Positions 1 through 8,861 of a stretch of 43,319 nucleotides of DNA are shown piece after piece (the first letter of the stretch is position 1; every line of letters starts with the position of its first letter). Where the stretch lies: the IMG/VR virus record IMGVR_UViG_3300037478_000161, positions 1-43,319 of that record, one strand, 5' to 3'. Under the pieces are notes generated by a model, which was given only the letters and a program-made list of their open reading frames with translations, did no database searches and was not told the origin of the DNA. Source of the stretch: a virus. Lineage: Duplodnaviria > Caudoviricetes. Both the position numbers and the translations under genes were made by a program.

Positions 1-20
1 CACCGACGCTGGGGGCGCCA

Positions 21-182
21 TCAGTCGAGCCCCGAGTCCGTGTCGTCGTCAGGGTCGATCGTCTCGCCGAGCCGCTTGCCCTCGGCTATCTCGGCTGCGG
101 TGAGCTCCAGGTCGTCGTGATCCAGGAATACGCCGGACCGTGGTGGCTCGTCGAGCTGCGGCAGATCAACAGGCTCGGTCAT
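21..182 (-). CDS. Small acidic hypothetical protein preceding a truncated next gene (MAPPASV..., probable alternative lysin)
   Basis: Hand translation MTEPVDLPQLDEPPRSGVFLDHDDLELTAAEIAEGKRLGETIDPDDDTDSGLD; RBS AAGGGGGAG; TGATG overlap; same position as 42525-42647. Confidence 0.6.
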   Translation of the reverse strand: MTEPVDLPQLDEPPRSGVFLDHDDLELTAAEIAEGKRLGETIDPDDDTDSGLD

Positions 183-225
183 AGCTCCCCCTTGACGTGT
201 CGTAGGTAGCGGCTAAGGTTTCGGA

Positions 226-333
226 ATGCCGACAGAGCGACCCAACGCCGAGAACGCCGAGCAGATCAGCGACCTGGACGGGCTGCCCAACCTCGAGGAG
301 CTAGACGCCACCCACAGCGAGGACGACTCCTAG
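226..333 (+). CDS. Antisense acidic micropeptide (35 aa), leaderless
   Basis: MPTERPNAENAEQISDLDGLPNLEELDATHSEDDS; TTGACG-16-TAAGGT-6-ATG upstream (192-225). Confidence 0.4.
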   Translation: MPTERPNAENAEQISDLDGLPNLEELDATHSEDDS

Positions 334-978
334 CGGCGACGGCGCAGCCTCATCGACTTCTGCAAAGTGGCCAGCTCGCGCGCCACCGTGACCGGGTGCG
401 AGTCCAGCTCCAACGTCGCCGACGCCGACGCGGTGTCGTAGTCCACCCCGACGATCTTGAACACGGTGACGCCGTCCCGCGTGGTGGCGTTCAGACTGTT
501 CGGGTTCGGCTGCACACCCCGGACCCGAATCAGGTGACCGGGCCTGATCTCCCACGGCATGATCCGCATACCGCGGTCGTGGTCGTAGATGGGGCGGGCC
601 ACCGTCAGCGTGCCGGCGTTCGGCGGGGTCAGATGCTCGGCCAGGAACTGATCCCCCACCTGGTTGGCGTTCAACTGGTTACCCGTGGCGTCACCAAGGT
701 CGACCCGGGCTTGCCGGACAATCCCCGCGGCGGCCAACTGCGGAACCGTCTGCGTGCGGGTCGTCACCCGAGGGCGGCCCCGCTGGTCGACCCACCGAAC
801 CGACACCCGGTCATACAGTCCTTCGGCCGAGCCGGGCGAGTCGAACCCGTCGACCACATCGGCCTCGTATCGCACGGTGCTCGGCCACTGCCGCCACTCG
901 AACCGGTGCAGGCCGTTGCTGCCGGGCTCCCACGCAGCCCAGTAGTAGGCGGGCTCCAAGGCGATCAGGTCGTCCAGG
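321..978. repeat. Imperfect direct repeat of 42662-43319 (3' part of tail tip gene)
   Basis: About 29 mismatches by eye up to position 852, then 126 identical bp to the contig end. Confidence 0.95.
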
Positions 979-1970
979 ATCTCCGCCGGGGTGGCGCCGT
1001 CCGGGTAGGCCAACTGGTAGATCGCCAGCGTGGTCGTGTCGATGCTGGACCGGGCCGGGTCGTACTTGTTCAACACTCGGCCGATCAGGTCGGCGACCAC
1101 CTCGTGCGCCAGTACATGGTTGACCACATAGCTGCCCGAGGTGGTGATGTCGTTGCCGTTGATGTCCTTGAGCACCGAGCGGACCGAGATGTCGTAGAAC
1201 TCGCCCCACACGCTGGCGGTGGCGGGTGCGCTCGCCCCGGTGCGCACAATCCGCACCCACACCACGTCATTACCGTTGGGGATGTTGTTCCCGCCGTTGA
1301 TGACCCCGAGCAGCGTGGCCTCCGTCGTGCTGAACGTCGGAGTGACCGCGTTGGTGCGCGAACCCGAGCCGACCGCGGTGGTCAGCCGGTTCTCCAGGTT
1401 CGAGGTGGTGGTTCCGTTCACCACGTTCACCCGGACCCGGGCCAGCTTCATCCCAACGTCGCGGATGCCGCGGTACCTGGCCTCGCCCGTCCAGCCAGTG
1501 AAATTGGTCGTGCCCTCGGGGGCGACGATCAGCACGGCCGGGTTGTTGTCCTCGTCGGCGTCGCGTTCCCGGATCGACACCTCCGCGCCGCGATCCGAGT
1601 ACGACGCCCGGTCCCACTTGTCGGTGGACGTGTCCACGTAGATCACCGGGATCACGCGGTCCCTGGCGTGCGCCGACGGACCCACCGCCGCCAGCGACCA
1701 CACCTGACCGTCAGCGCCGACACCCCGGCCCGGGTCCTCCAGCCGGCCGCCTGCCATCCACTGAGCATTGCGCTTGTCGTATACGTCAACGTTGGTGTAG
1801 TAGGAGAGCTCGTCCGGCGACATCGCCAGCGACCGGTCCATGGAGAATTGCACGGAGGCACACCCGCCCGGCACCACCAAGCGGTAGCGCAGCGAACGTA
1901 GCTCGGACTCGACGTGCCTGGCGGCCCGGCCGTTCGACAACTGCAACGACAGCGGGATCGGCAGGCTCAC
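330..1970 (-). CDS. Minor tail / tail tip hub protein
   Basis: 546 aa, second gene after the tape measure, beta-rich. Confidence 0.75.
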   Translation of the reverse strand: MSLPIPLSLQLSNGRAARHVESELRSLRYRLVVPGGCASVQFSMDRSLAMSPDELSYYTNVDVYDKRNAQWMAGGRLEDPGRGVGADGQVWSLAAVGPSAHARDRVIPVIYVDTSTDKWDRASYSDRGAEVSIRERDADEDNNPAVLIVAPEGTTNFTGWTGEARYRGIRDVGMKLARVRVNVVNGTTTSNLENRLTTAVGSGSRTNAVTPTFSTTEATLLGVINGGNNIPNGNDVVWVRIVRTGASAPATASVWGEFYDISVRSVLKDINGNDITTSGSYVVNHVLAHEVVADLIGRVLNKYDPARSSIDTTTLAIYQLAYPDGATPAEILDDLIALEPAYYWAAWEPGSNGLHRFEWRQWPSTVRYEADVVDGFDSPGSAEGLYDRVSVRWVDQRGRPRVTTRTQTVPQLAAAGIVRQARVDLGDATGNQLNANQVGDQFLAEHLTPPNAGTLTVARPIYDHDRGMRIMPWEIRPGHLIRVRGVQPNPNSLNATTRDGVTVFKIVGVDYDTASASATLELDSHPVTVARELATLQKSMRLRRRR

Positions 1971-3361
1971 GTCGAGGCCGGCCTAACGGTGAGGTAGCGC
2001 GGATAGTACGAAACGGACACCGTGTACGTCGTCAGCGTCCACGACTGATCGGTGCTCACCACCCGCAGCATGTAGATCCGGTTCGCCTGATTCGGCGTCA
2101 ACATCGGGAACCCGCCCACGATCGGCGGTGACTTCGCGCTCAACACCTGGCTCGACCCGTCCCTGGCGTGAGCGGAATTGTCGCGGGCATCCAGAATGAA
2201 ATCGGCAGCGGCCCGCGTCCAGTTGAGAATGGCCAGCCGGTCGTCCGCAGGCACCAGAAGCAGCACATCGAAGTCGATCGTGCCAGCGCCCGAAGTCCGC
2301 TCGGCCCGCAGTTGCAATTTGAGCGCATTCGACACCGGCAACTCGACACCGCTCGCGTCCGACACCGGATCGAAGCCTGCTGGGATCGTTATCAGGCCAA
2401 GATCCGCTGTGACGATGGACCCTGAGCCGGCGGTCGAGTAGACGTCGTTCTGGGTCAGCAGCGTGTCGGCGATACTCGCGTCGCCCCACCGCAACTGCAG
2501 GTTGATCGCATCGGTCGAGGTGTTCTTCCGGTAGCGCAGCAATACCCGATATGTGCCGCGCAGATCGACGCCCGATGTGCCGACAGTCGTCACAGACAGC
2601 CGGGTTTGCATCGTCGCCGTGGCGAACGTGCACCGCGAGTAGTTGTTCCCCGACCCGGAGAAGTTCGCGTCATTGGCCTGCGTGGTGGTGTCCGTGCCCT
2701 GCGTCATCGCCTCGGCCTGCAACGGAAACGGCGCGTTCGCCGGGGTGCCGCGGCGACGGGAGGCGATCATGGTGTGGCGCCCCAGGTTCACCGCACTGGA
2801 CGGCCACAGAATGATCGCCGGGGACTCCACATCCCCCTTCACCCCGGTCACATCCACAAAACAGCCATTGCTGCCCGCCGCCGGGTCCGTGGACACCGTC
2901 ACACCCGACACCGGGGTCTCCAACAGGCCGTAACCGGCGTACTCGGCGCGTAGCTCAACCTCGATCTTCTTGCGCCGACCGTCAGCGAAACCCAGCCGCC
3001 GCACCGACGACGCCGACGCCCGGAACGTGCGGAAGAACACCGGGTGCGTGGTGTGCTCCCACCAGCGCAGAATGTTGCCAGGGCGGTCCAGCTCCCGGTA
3101 CAGGGACTGCAGCGCCGCAGCTGTGGCGTCCGCCGTGGCGGTCCCCAGGTACAGGCCGAGCCGGATCGTGCGGAAGCTGTACGCCGAGGCCGACACGACC
3201 CCGCCGTCGGCCAGCAGGGTCTGCGCCACGGCCTCCCGCAGCGGCGGTGGAGAGAAGTCCGTCTCCTGCCGATTCAGAATCCATGTCGCACCGTCGGCCA
3301 GGCTCAGCCGTATGGTCGGCTCCTCGGCGATCGAGTCGACGAAGTCCAGCGAGCAGGTCAT
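1967..3361 (-). CDS. Distal tail (Dit-like) minor tail protein
   Basis: 464 aa directly after the tape measure, ATGA coupling, N-terminal Dit-like RTIRLGL segment. Confidence 0.75.
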   Translation of the reverse strand: MTCSLDFVDSIAEEPTIRLSLADGATWILNRQETDFSPPPLREAVAQTLLADGGVVSASAYSFRTIRLGLYLGTATADATAAALQSLYRELDRPGNILRWWEHTTHPVFFRTFRASASSVRRLGFADGRRKKIEVELRAEYAGYGLLETPVSGVTVSTDPAAGSNGCFVDVTGVKGDVESPAIILWPSSAVNLGRHTMIASRRRGTPANAPFPLQAEAMTQGTDTTTQANDANFSGSGNNYSRCTFATATMQTRLSVTTVGTSGVDLRGTYRVLLRYRKNTSTDAINLQLRWGDASIADTLLTQNDVYSTAGSGSIVTADLGLITIPAGFDPVSDASGVELPVSNALKLQLRAERTSGAGTIDFDVLLLVPADDRLAILNWTRAAADFILDARDNSAHARDGSSQVLSAKSPPIVGGFPMLTPNQANRIYMLRVVSTDQSWTLTTYTVSVSYYPRYLTVRPAST

Positions 3362-6300
3362 CCGGCCCTCGCATACAGATCAGAGTTCCGGGCAATCAGC
3401 TGGCCCCGGCCACGGTCGTCCATGACAAGCGTGGCCCCGTCGATGGACCGGCCCACTGCGTCGCCGACCATGCGGGCCAGTGCGAACTGGTCGACCGCCT
3501 GCGCCCCGTCGCCTCCGCGCGGGCGTTCCATCACCGAGACGAACCGGTCGAACAGCCGGGACTGCTGCGGCGACAGCACATACTCGGTGCCGCCGGAGCC
3601 GTTGAACCCGAGCGTGCCGTGCGCCCACTTGCCGCCCCGGTCGTACAGCCGCGGGTTGTCCGGCTCTAGGTGCAGGTGCGGGCCGGTGGAGTTACCGGTC
3701 GAGCCGACCCGCCCGATCATCTGGCCGCGGGTGACCTGCTGCCCGGTCCGCACGTACATCTGCGACATGTGCGCGTACAGCGACCGCCACCCGGCGTGCG
3801 CGATCGCGGCGTGAATGCCGTACGAGGTGGCCAGCCTGGCCGCCCGCGACACGATCCCGGATGCCGCGGCGTAGACGGGGGTGCCGATCGGGGCCGGCAG
3901 GTCGCGGGCGTTGTAGCCGTGCCCCGCCGGGCCCCGTCCGATGCGGTACGAACCGGGTGGCAGCACCTTGCCGGGGACCGCGCCCGCCGCGTTGCCTGCG
4001 GCGGTTATCACCGTGCCCGCCAGCCGGTTGAAGTCGGTGGCGTCGATGTCATTCTTGGCGTGGATGTTGACCTTGGCGAGCGTCCCTCCCATGCCGTTTG
4101 GCACGAACGGCAGAATCTTGCCGTCCTGGTCCGGCACGAACAGCTCGGGCCGCTTCTCGCCCACCACGTACGGCTCGCCGGCCTTGACCGGACCGCCATG
4201 CTCGCGCAGGCGCGTCCCCGACTCGCCCCATATCTTGATATCGCCGGTGGCGGTGATCAGAATGTTCTTATCATTGATGCTGTCGATGGCCCGCTTGATG
4301 TCGCCGATGCCCTCAAGCGCCTGCTGCTTGCCGGTCAGGTTGATCGGGATGGTGCGCTTTTCGCCGTCCCGCACACCCTTGTCGATCTGGATGCCGAGCG
4401 CCTTCGCCGCAGCATGAACGTCTGGACCGTGCTTGAGCATGTACTCGCGCAGCTTGTCCGCGACATTCGTCCCGTGATCGGCAGCGATCTGCCGCAAGAT
4501 CGGGTCCGCTTCGAGCAGCGGGTCGATGACGCCTCCACGAACCGCGGCGTCCGTCGAGTTCATCCAAAGGCCCTCGGCCTCTTGCAGCTCCTTGTCGGTC
4601 ATCGACGCGAACAGGGCCACCAGGTCCGCACCCGCCGGGCCCAGGCTGATCAGGTGATTGAGAAGGCCCTCGGACGCGCGGCCGGCCAACTGGATCAGGT
4701 TGTCCCGCCAGTTCGTCTGGTTCTCGACCATCCGCTCGAGCTCGGCGATGTACTCGTCGACCGTCAGCTTCACGTCGCCGATGTATTCTTCCCACGAGTC
4801 GGTGGCGTCCTCGGTCGACTCGGCGGTCTTCTCTGCGGCCGTGCGCTCGGCCTCTTCCTTGCTTGCAAGCGCCGTCTCGTACGCGCCCAGAACGTCGACG
4901 AACTCGGTGCCTGCGTCGGTCCACGCCTTGAGCATGTCCTCAGCGGCCTTCGCCGCGTCGTCGCCGGTCAACCCGAACCGGGTCGACAGGTCGGCCAGCG
5001 CGTCCTGCACCGGGTCCACCGATTCGGCGGCAAGCTGATGGTCTACCGCGACTTGAGCGAGGGAATCGTGGTAACGCGGAAGGCGGTTGTTCAGCTCGTC
5101 GATGTCATGTCCGGCGCCAGTCCACGCCTCCGCCAGTGCGGTGAATGTCCGTTCGGCTTCCTTGGTGTTACCGCCGAGGACCAGACCCTCAAGCGACGCA
5201 TCGACGGCATCGAACCCATGCTCCAGATCATTGGAGGCCGCTCTCACCGTCCCGGACATGGTGGTCAGCGACAATGAGACCCGACCCATGATGTCCGGGG
5301 TGTCGTCCAAAATCTGTTGAGCTTCGATCAATCGGTTGACCAGGTCGCCAGACACGCCGTCTCGCAACTCGAGCAGAGCCTGAGTTGCCTCACCCACCTT
5401 CGGCCTGAGGTCTCCGGCCCGCGAACCGATGAACTCAATTGCCGCAGCGACTGCCAACAGGCCACCGATAACACCCAAGAACTGGCCCGAGTAGGCGAGA
5501 GCGCCGTACATGACCGGTGCGGTGCGGGCCAGCAGCAGCATGGCGGTGCGAGCCGCCACGATCTTCGGTGCCAGGAGTAGGAACCCGCCACCGAGCAGGG
5601 CGGCGGCACCAAGAAGTAACGCGAAGACTGTGGCGACGGCCTGCACTGGACCGGGCAGGTCGGCGAAGAACTGCGCCACGCTGGCCACACCCTCGGCCAT
5701 CGAAGCTATGGCTGGCAACAACACCGAACCCATGTCGATGGCGAACTCCACGACCGCGTTCTTCGCGATCTGAATCTTCGCCTCGGCGGTGTCGTACCGC
5801 TTGGCCGCCTCATCGATCAGCGCCGTGTTCTCTTCCCACGCCCGCGCGCCGTCGTCCAGCGACTGACCCAGCAGGTCACCGGCGCCAGACAGGCGCAGCA
5901 GCGAGTCGCGAACACGGATCTGGCCGAGCTCCAGATCAGACAGGGTGGCGAACACGTTCCCGCCGGAAGCGTCAATGCGGGCCAGACCCTCGACGAACGC
6001 CTGGATGGCGCGCGCTGGGTCCGTCTCAAACGCCCTGGTGAACTGAGCCGCCGACATGCCCGCGACATCAGCGAACTCGGCCACCGACTCGCCGCCCTCT
6101 GCGACGGCGCTGGCCATCTTGACCATGGCGGTGGACAAAGCCGTGCCGCCGGCCTCAGCTTCGATACCGACCGATGCCAGCGCATTGGCGAACGCCAGCA
6201 CGTCGGCCTCGGACAGGTTGATGATCGCACCGGCACCGGAGATCCGCTGAGCCATCTGAATGATGTCCCGCTCAGTTGACGCGCCGTTGTTGCCCAGCTC

Positions 6301-6870
6301 GACCAGCGCCGCACCAAGCCGCCCCACGTCCTCGGGGGCGGTCTGCATCACGTTCATCATCTGCGCGATGGACGTGGCCGCTTCTTCAGCGGTCAGGTTC
6401 GTGGTCTCCCCGAGGTCGATCATCACCCGGGTGAACTCGACCACATCATCTGTGGCGATGCCCAACTGGCCGGCGGCCTCGGCCACTGCGGCGATCTCGC
6501 GATGCGACGAAGGGAGCGTCGTCGCAAGATCCCGGAGACCCTTCTCCACCTTCGCAAGCTGCTCGGGCGTGCCCTCGACGGTCTTGAGCACACCGGTCCA
6601 GGCTGATTCCCAGTCAATGGCGGACTTGACCGCCATGCCGAGCCCAGCGGCAACCGCGACCCCGAAGCCGACCATCGCCTGCCCGACCCGACGGGTAGCG
6701 TCGGCGCGCTGCTGGTTGATGATCTGATCCAGCTGCGCGGCTTGCAGGTCGGTGGACCGTAGCTGCGACTGGAACCGCATCATCGACCGGTTCGCGGACG
6801 CGATAGCCCGCTCCAGCTTGGCAGCATCGGCGTCGATGGTGACCCGAAGGTCAGCGTTACGAGTCGCCAT
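3358..6870 (-). CDS. Tape measure protein with C-terminal M23 peptidase domain
   Basis: 1170 aa, Ala-rich helical TP901-type core; HGYNARD, YAHMS and GSTGNSTGPHLH M23 motifs. Confidence 0.93.
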   Translation of the reverse strand: MATRNADLRVTIDADAAKLERAIASANRSMMRFQSQLRSTDLQAAQLDQIINQQRADATRRVGQAMVGFGVAVAAGLGMAVKSAIDWESAWTGVLKTVEGTPEQLAKVEKGLRDLATTLPSSHREIAAVAEAAGQLGIATDDVVEFTRVMIDLGETTNLTAEEAATSIAQMMNVMQTAPEDVGRLGAALVELGNNGASTERDIIQMAQRISGAGAIINLSEADVLAFANALASVGIEAEAGGTALSTAMVKMASAVAEGGESVAEFADVAGMSAAQFTRAFETDPARAIQAFVEGLARIDASGGNVFATLSDLELGQIRVRDSLLRLSGAGDLLGQSLDDGARAWEENTALIDEAAKRYDTAEAKIQIAKNAVVEFAIDMGSVLLPAIASMAEGVASVAQFFADLPGPVQAVATVFALLLGAAALLGGGFLLLAPKIVAARTAMLLLARTAPVMYGALAYSGQFLGVIGGLLAVAAAIEFIGSRAGDLRPKVGEATQALLELRDGVSGDLVNRLIEAQQILDDTPDIMGRVSLSLTTMSGTVRAASNDLEHGFDAVDASLEGLVLGGNTKEAERTFTALAEAWTGAGHDIDELNNRLPRYHDSLAQVAVDHQLAAESVDPVQDALADLSTRFGLTGDDAAKAAEDMLKAWTDAGTEFVDVLGAYETALASKEEAERTAAEKTAESTEDATDSWEEYIGDVKLTVDEYIAELERMVENQTNWRDNLIQLAGRASEGLLNHLISLGPAGADLVALFASMTDKELQEAEGLWMNSTDAAVRGGVIDPLLEADPILRQIAADHGTNVADKLREYMLKHGPDVHAAAKALGIQIDKGVRDGEKRTIPINLTGKQQALEGIGDIKRAIDSINDKNILITATGDIKIWGESGTRLREHGGPVKAGEPYVVGEKRPELFVPDQDGKILPFVPNGMGGTLAKVNIHAKNDIDATDFNRLAGTVITAAGNAAGAVPGKVLPPGSYRIGRGPAGHGYNARDLPAPIGTPVYAAASGIVSRAARLATSYGIHAAIAHAGWRSLYAHMSQMYVRTGQQVTRGQMIGRVGSTGNSTGPHLHLEPDNPRLYDRGGKWAHGTLGFNGSGGTEYVLSPQQSRLFDRFVSVMERPRGGDGAQAVDQFALARMVGDAVGRSIDGATLVMDDRGRGQLIARNSDLYARAG

Positions 6871-7192
6871 CAGTCACCGCCTCCCTGGGTACCAGCCGCA
6901 CGTACACGCCGCCCATCTGCTGAGCCAGCTCACGGGTGTTCTTCTCCTCGGCCTGCCGCCGGTGACAACCCCGGCACACCCGCACCTCGGCGGTGTAGGC
7001 GTCCCGGTCCGTTTCCCACTCCCATTCGGCGGTGCCGCAGTGTGGGCACCGCTGAGCCTCGTCCGACTGCCACGCCAGCGCGGCCTGCTGATCGTCCGGG
7101 TGCCAGTTCAAGAACTCAGACAGTGGGATACCGCGCGGCCCGCAGTAGGCCATGCGCGCCCGGAACAGCGGGTCGCGCCTCAGTCTTTTGGG
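6857..7192 (-). CDS. Tail assembly chaperone, -1 frameshift extension (gpGT-like)
   Basis: The -1 frame after CCCAAAA reads RLRRDPLFRARMAYCGPRG...; CPHC/CRGC motifs. Confidence 0.8.
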   Translation of the reverse strand, partial: PKRLRRDPLFRARMAYCGPRGIPLSEFLNWHPDDQQAALAWQSDEAQRCPHCGTAEWEWETDRDAYTAEVRVCRGCHRRQAEEKNTRELAQQMGGVYVRLVPREAVTDGDS

Positions 7193-7749
7193 ATGCCGTC
7201 TGCCGGTTGCGCCCCGTAGGCCCGCTGGATCGCGTCACGGCACGTGATCACGTCACCGGCCGACCAGCGATCGGACGTCAACTCGGTCCGCCACTCGTCG
7301 GCGGTCAAGTCCGAGTCCAGCACCGCGGCGGCCATGGCGTGGTACGTCCACTCCTTGACCTTCGCCGCGTTGGCGCCTTCGGCTTTGCGCCGGTCCTCGC
7401 CCTTGACGTCGGCGGGAATGTCGTCCGGCAGGTACTCCGACGCCAGCGCGTCCCGCTCATCCTCGGACAGCCCGCGGAACCGCAACGCCAGGCAGTGTTT
7501 GTCCCGCTCGGCCTCCGCGTCAGCGACGGCCTGCTCCAGCGCGGCGATGTCCAGCGTGGACTTGTCGCCCTGCCGGGCCTTGATGACGTTGCCGAACTGC
7601 AGTTCCTTCTGCGCCTGCTCCAGCCGCTGCATGGCCTTCTCGCCGGCCTCGTCGAGCGGGAAGTAAGCGGTAACGACCTTGGCGCGTTTGCGGGCCAGCT
7701 GGTCGCGTAGGCCGGTCTTGCGGGCGGCGCGAGCTTGGGACTGGCTCAT
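7180..7749 (-). CDS. Tail assembly chaperone (gpG-like)
   Basis: Between major tail and tape measure; ends ...IPKD over a slippery heptamer. Confidence 0.82.
   Translation of the reverse strand: MSQSQARAARKTGLRDQLARKRAKVVTAYFPLDEAGEKAMQRLEQAQKELQFGNVIKARQGDKSTLDIAALEQAVADAEAERDKHCLALRFRGLSEDERDALASEYLPDDIPADVKGEDRRKAEGANAAKVKEWTYHAMAAAVLDSDLTADEWRTELTSDRWSAGDVITCRDAIQRAYGAQPADGIPKD
7186..7192 (-). other. Programmed -1 frameshift site C CCA AAA
   Basis: XXXYYYZ heptamer just before the stop codon, with an open -1 frame. Confidence 0.8.
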
Positions 7750-8042
7750 GAAGACACCGGGCCCATGTGCAGGTGCGGGCCGGTGCTGTTACCGGTGGAC
7801 CCGACAATGAACTCATTCCGGCCGCTAGGCCCCCGACCGCGCCAATTCTCATCACCCAACTGCTCGACTACGTAGCATGCGGCGTCCCAGAACGCTGCGG
7901 CTCGCGCGTCGGTGGCTGCGTCCCGCAGAAGAGGGGGATGCTCGTCGCGGATACGCACCGATTCAGCGATCAGCCTACGGCCAACCTCAGACAGAGTCTC
8001 CAAGCGAATCTGTTCGGCTGATTTATTACGAGATCGGAACAT
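7746..8042 (-). CDS. Hypothetical protein ending in an isolated M23 motif (VGSTGNSTGPHLH)
   Basis: 98 aa, strong RBS AAGGAG, ATGA overlap with the chaperone gene. Confidence 0.65.
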   Translation of the reverse strand: MFRSRNKSAEQIRLETLSEVGRRLIAESVRIRDEHPPLLRDAATDARAAAFWDAACYVVEQLGDENWRGRGPSGRNEFIVGSTGNSTGPHLHMGPVSS

Positions 8043-8053
8043 GACTTCTCCTT

Positions 8054-8119
8054 GGCACGGTGGTAGGCACGGTTAGAGCTCCCAGCCAGCCGACCGTGCC
8101 TGGGCAGCCAGCTGGGAGC
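8054..8119 (-). promoter_or_regulatory. Stem-loop / pseudoknot RNA element after the major tail gene
   Basis: GCTCCCAGC...GCTGGGAGC stem; loop GGCACGGT complementary to two downstream ACCGTGCC copies next to the RBS. Confidence 0.6.
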
Positions 8120-8137
8120 GACTAGAGCAGAGACAAC

Positions 8138-8635
8138 TCACGTCTCGGTGGGAAGGTCGATCTTCCGCAGCGCGGTGACGGCGAACCCGACCGAGCCCAT
8201 CGACCCGCCGGCCGTGGCGACGGTCGGTGTCACCACGGACACCTCGACCTTCCACACCCACGCGCGGGCCTCGGAAACCAGGCCGCGGGGGGCGTGCACC
8301 AGGTAGCCCTGGTCGCCGACAGTGAAGAAGTCCAGGGCGTCGTCGTCGTCCTGGGCGAGGTAGAACGAGATGGACGAGTCGTCCAGGGACGCGCCATCGA
8401 ACACCTTGCCGTCGACGTCGGAGCACATGTCCTGCAACTCCGCGTACCGGGGCGAAACGTTGAACCCGTTCAGCGCCTCGATGGCGCAGGTCAGGTTCGA
8501 CCCGGCGTTGAGCTCGGCCTCAGTGAGCGCGAAGTCCGCATCGGCGATCGTCGGGACGAAGACCCACTCGGTGTTCTTCTTGATTCCGTAGCGATCCGCG
8601 TCGATGCCGCCGATCTGCGTCGGGGTGAAGGCCAT
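8138..8635 (-). CDS. Major tail tube protein
   Basis: 165 aa; WVFVPTIAD...TEAELNAG.NLTC actinophage tail tube pattern; synteny. Confidence 0.88.
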   Translation of the reverse strand: MAFTPTQIGGIDADRYGIKKNTEWVFVPTIADADFALTEAELNAGSNLTCAIEALNGFNVSPRYAELQDMCSDVDGKVFDGASLDDSSISFYLAQDDDDALDFFTVGDQGYLVHAPRGLVSEARAWVWKVEVSVVTPTVATAGGSMGSVGFAVTALRKIDLPTET

Positions 8636-8638
8636 TTG

Positions 8639-8809
8639 TTACTCCTTTTCCTTGTTGTCCGACTCGGCGGCCGACTCGGCATTGACTTTCTTCCGGGATG
8701 AGACCCGCTTCCAGCGCGGGCCGAGAGTGCTCAGCTGGGTACGCAGGACTTCCTTGCGAGCACCGCTGACGTGCTCGACCAGGACGCGCTTGGACAGGCG
8801 GCGGGGCAC
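8639..8809 (-). CDS. Small basic protein preceding the major tail gene
   Basis: GGAGG RBS, GTG start MPRRLSKRVLVEHVSG... Confidence 0.55.
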   Translation of the reverse strand: MPRRLSKRVLVEHVSGARKEVLRTQLSTLGPRWKRVSSRKKVNAESAAESDNKEKE

Positions 8810-8861
8810 GATGGGACCTCCGACTCTGGACAACAGGGCAGCTCGGGCGCATAGTGAAGAC

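Noticed and set aside
321-978. Diversity-generating retroelement (TR/VR pair) in the tail-tip gene
   Set aside because: No reverse transcriptase in the window; differences are mostly silent, run in both directions and are not adenine-specific on the coding strand
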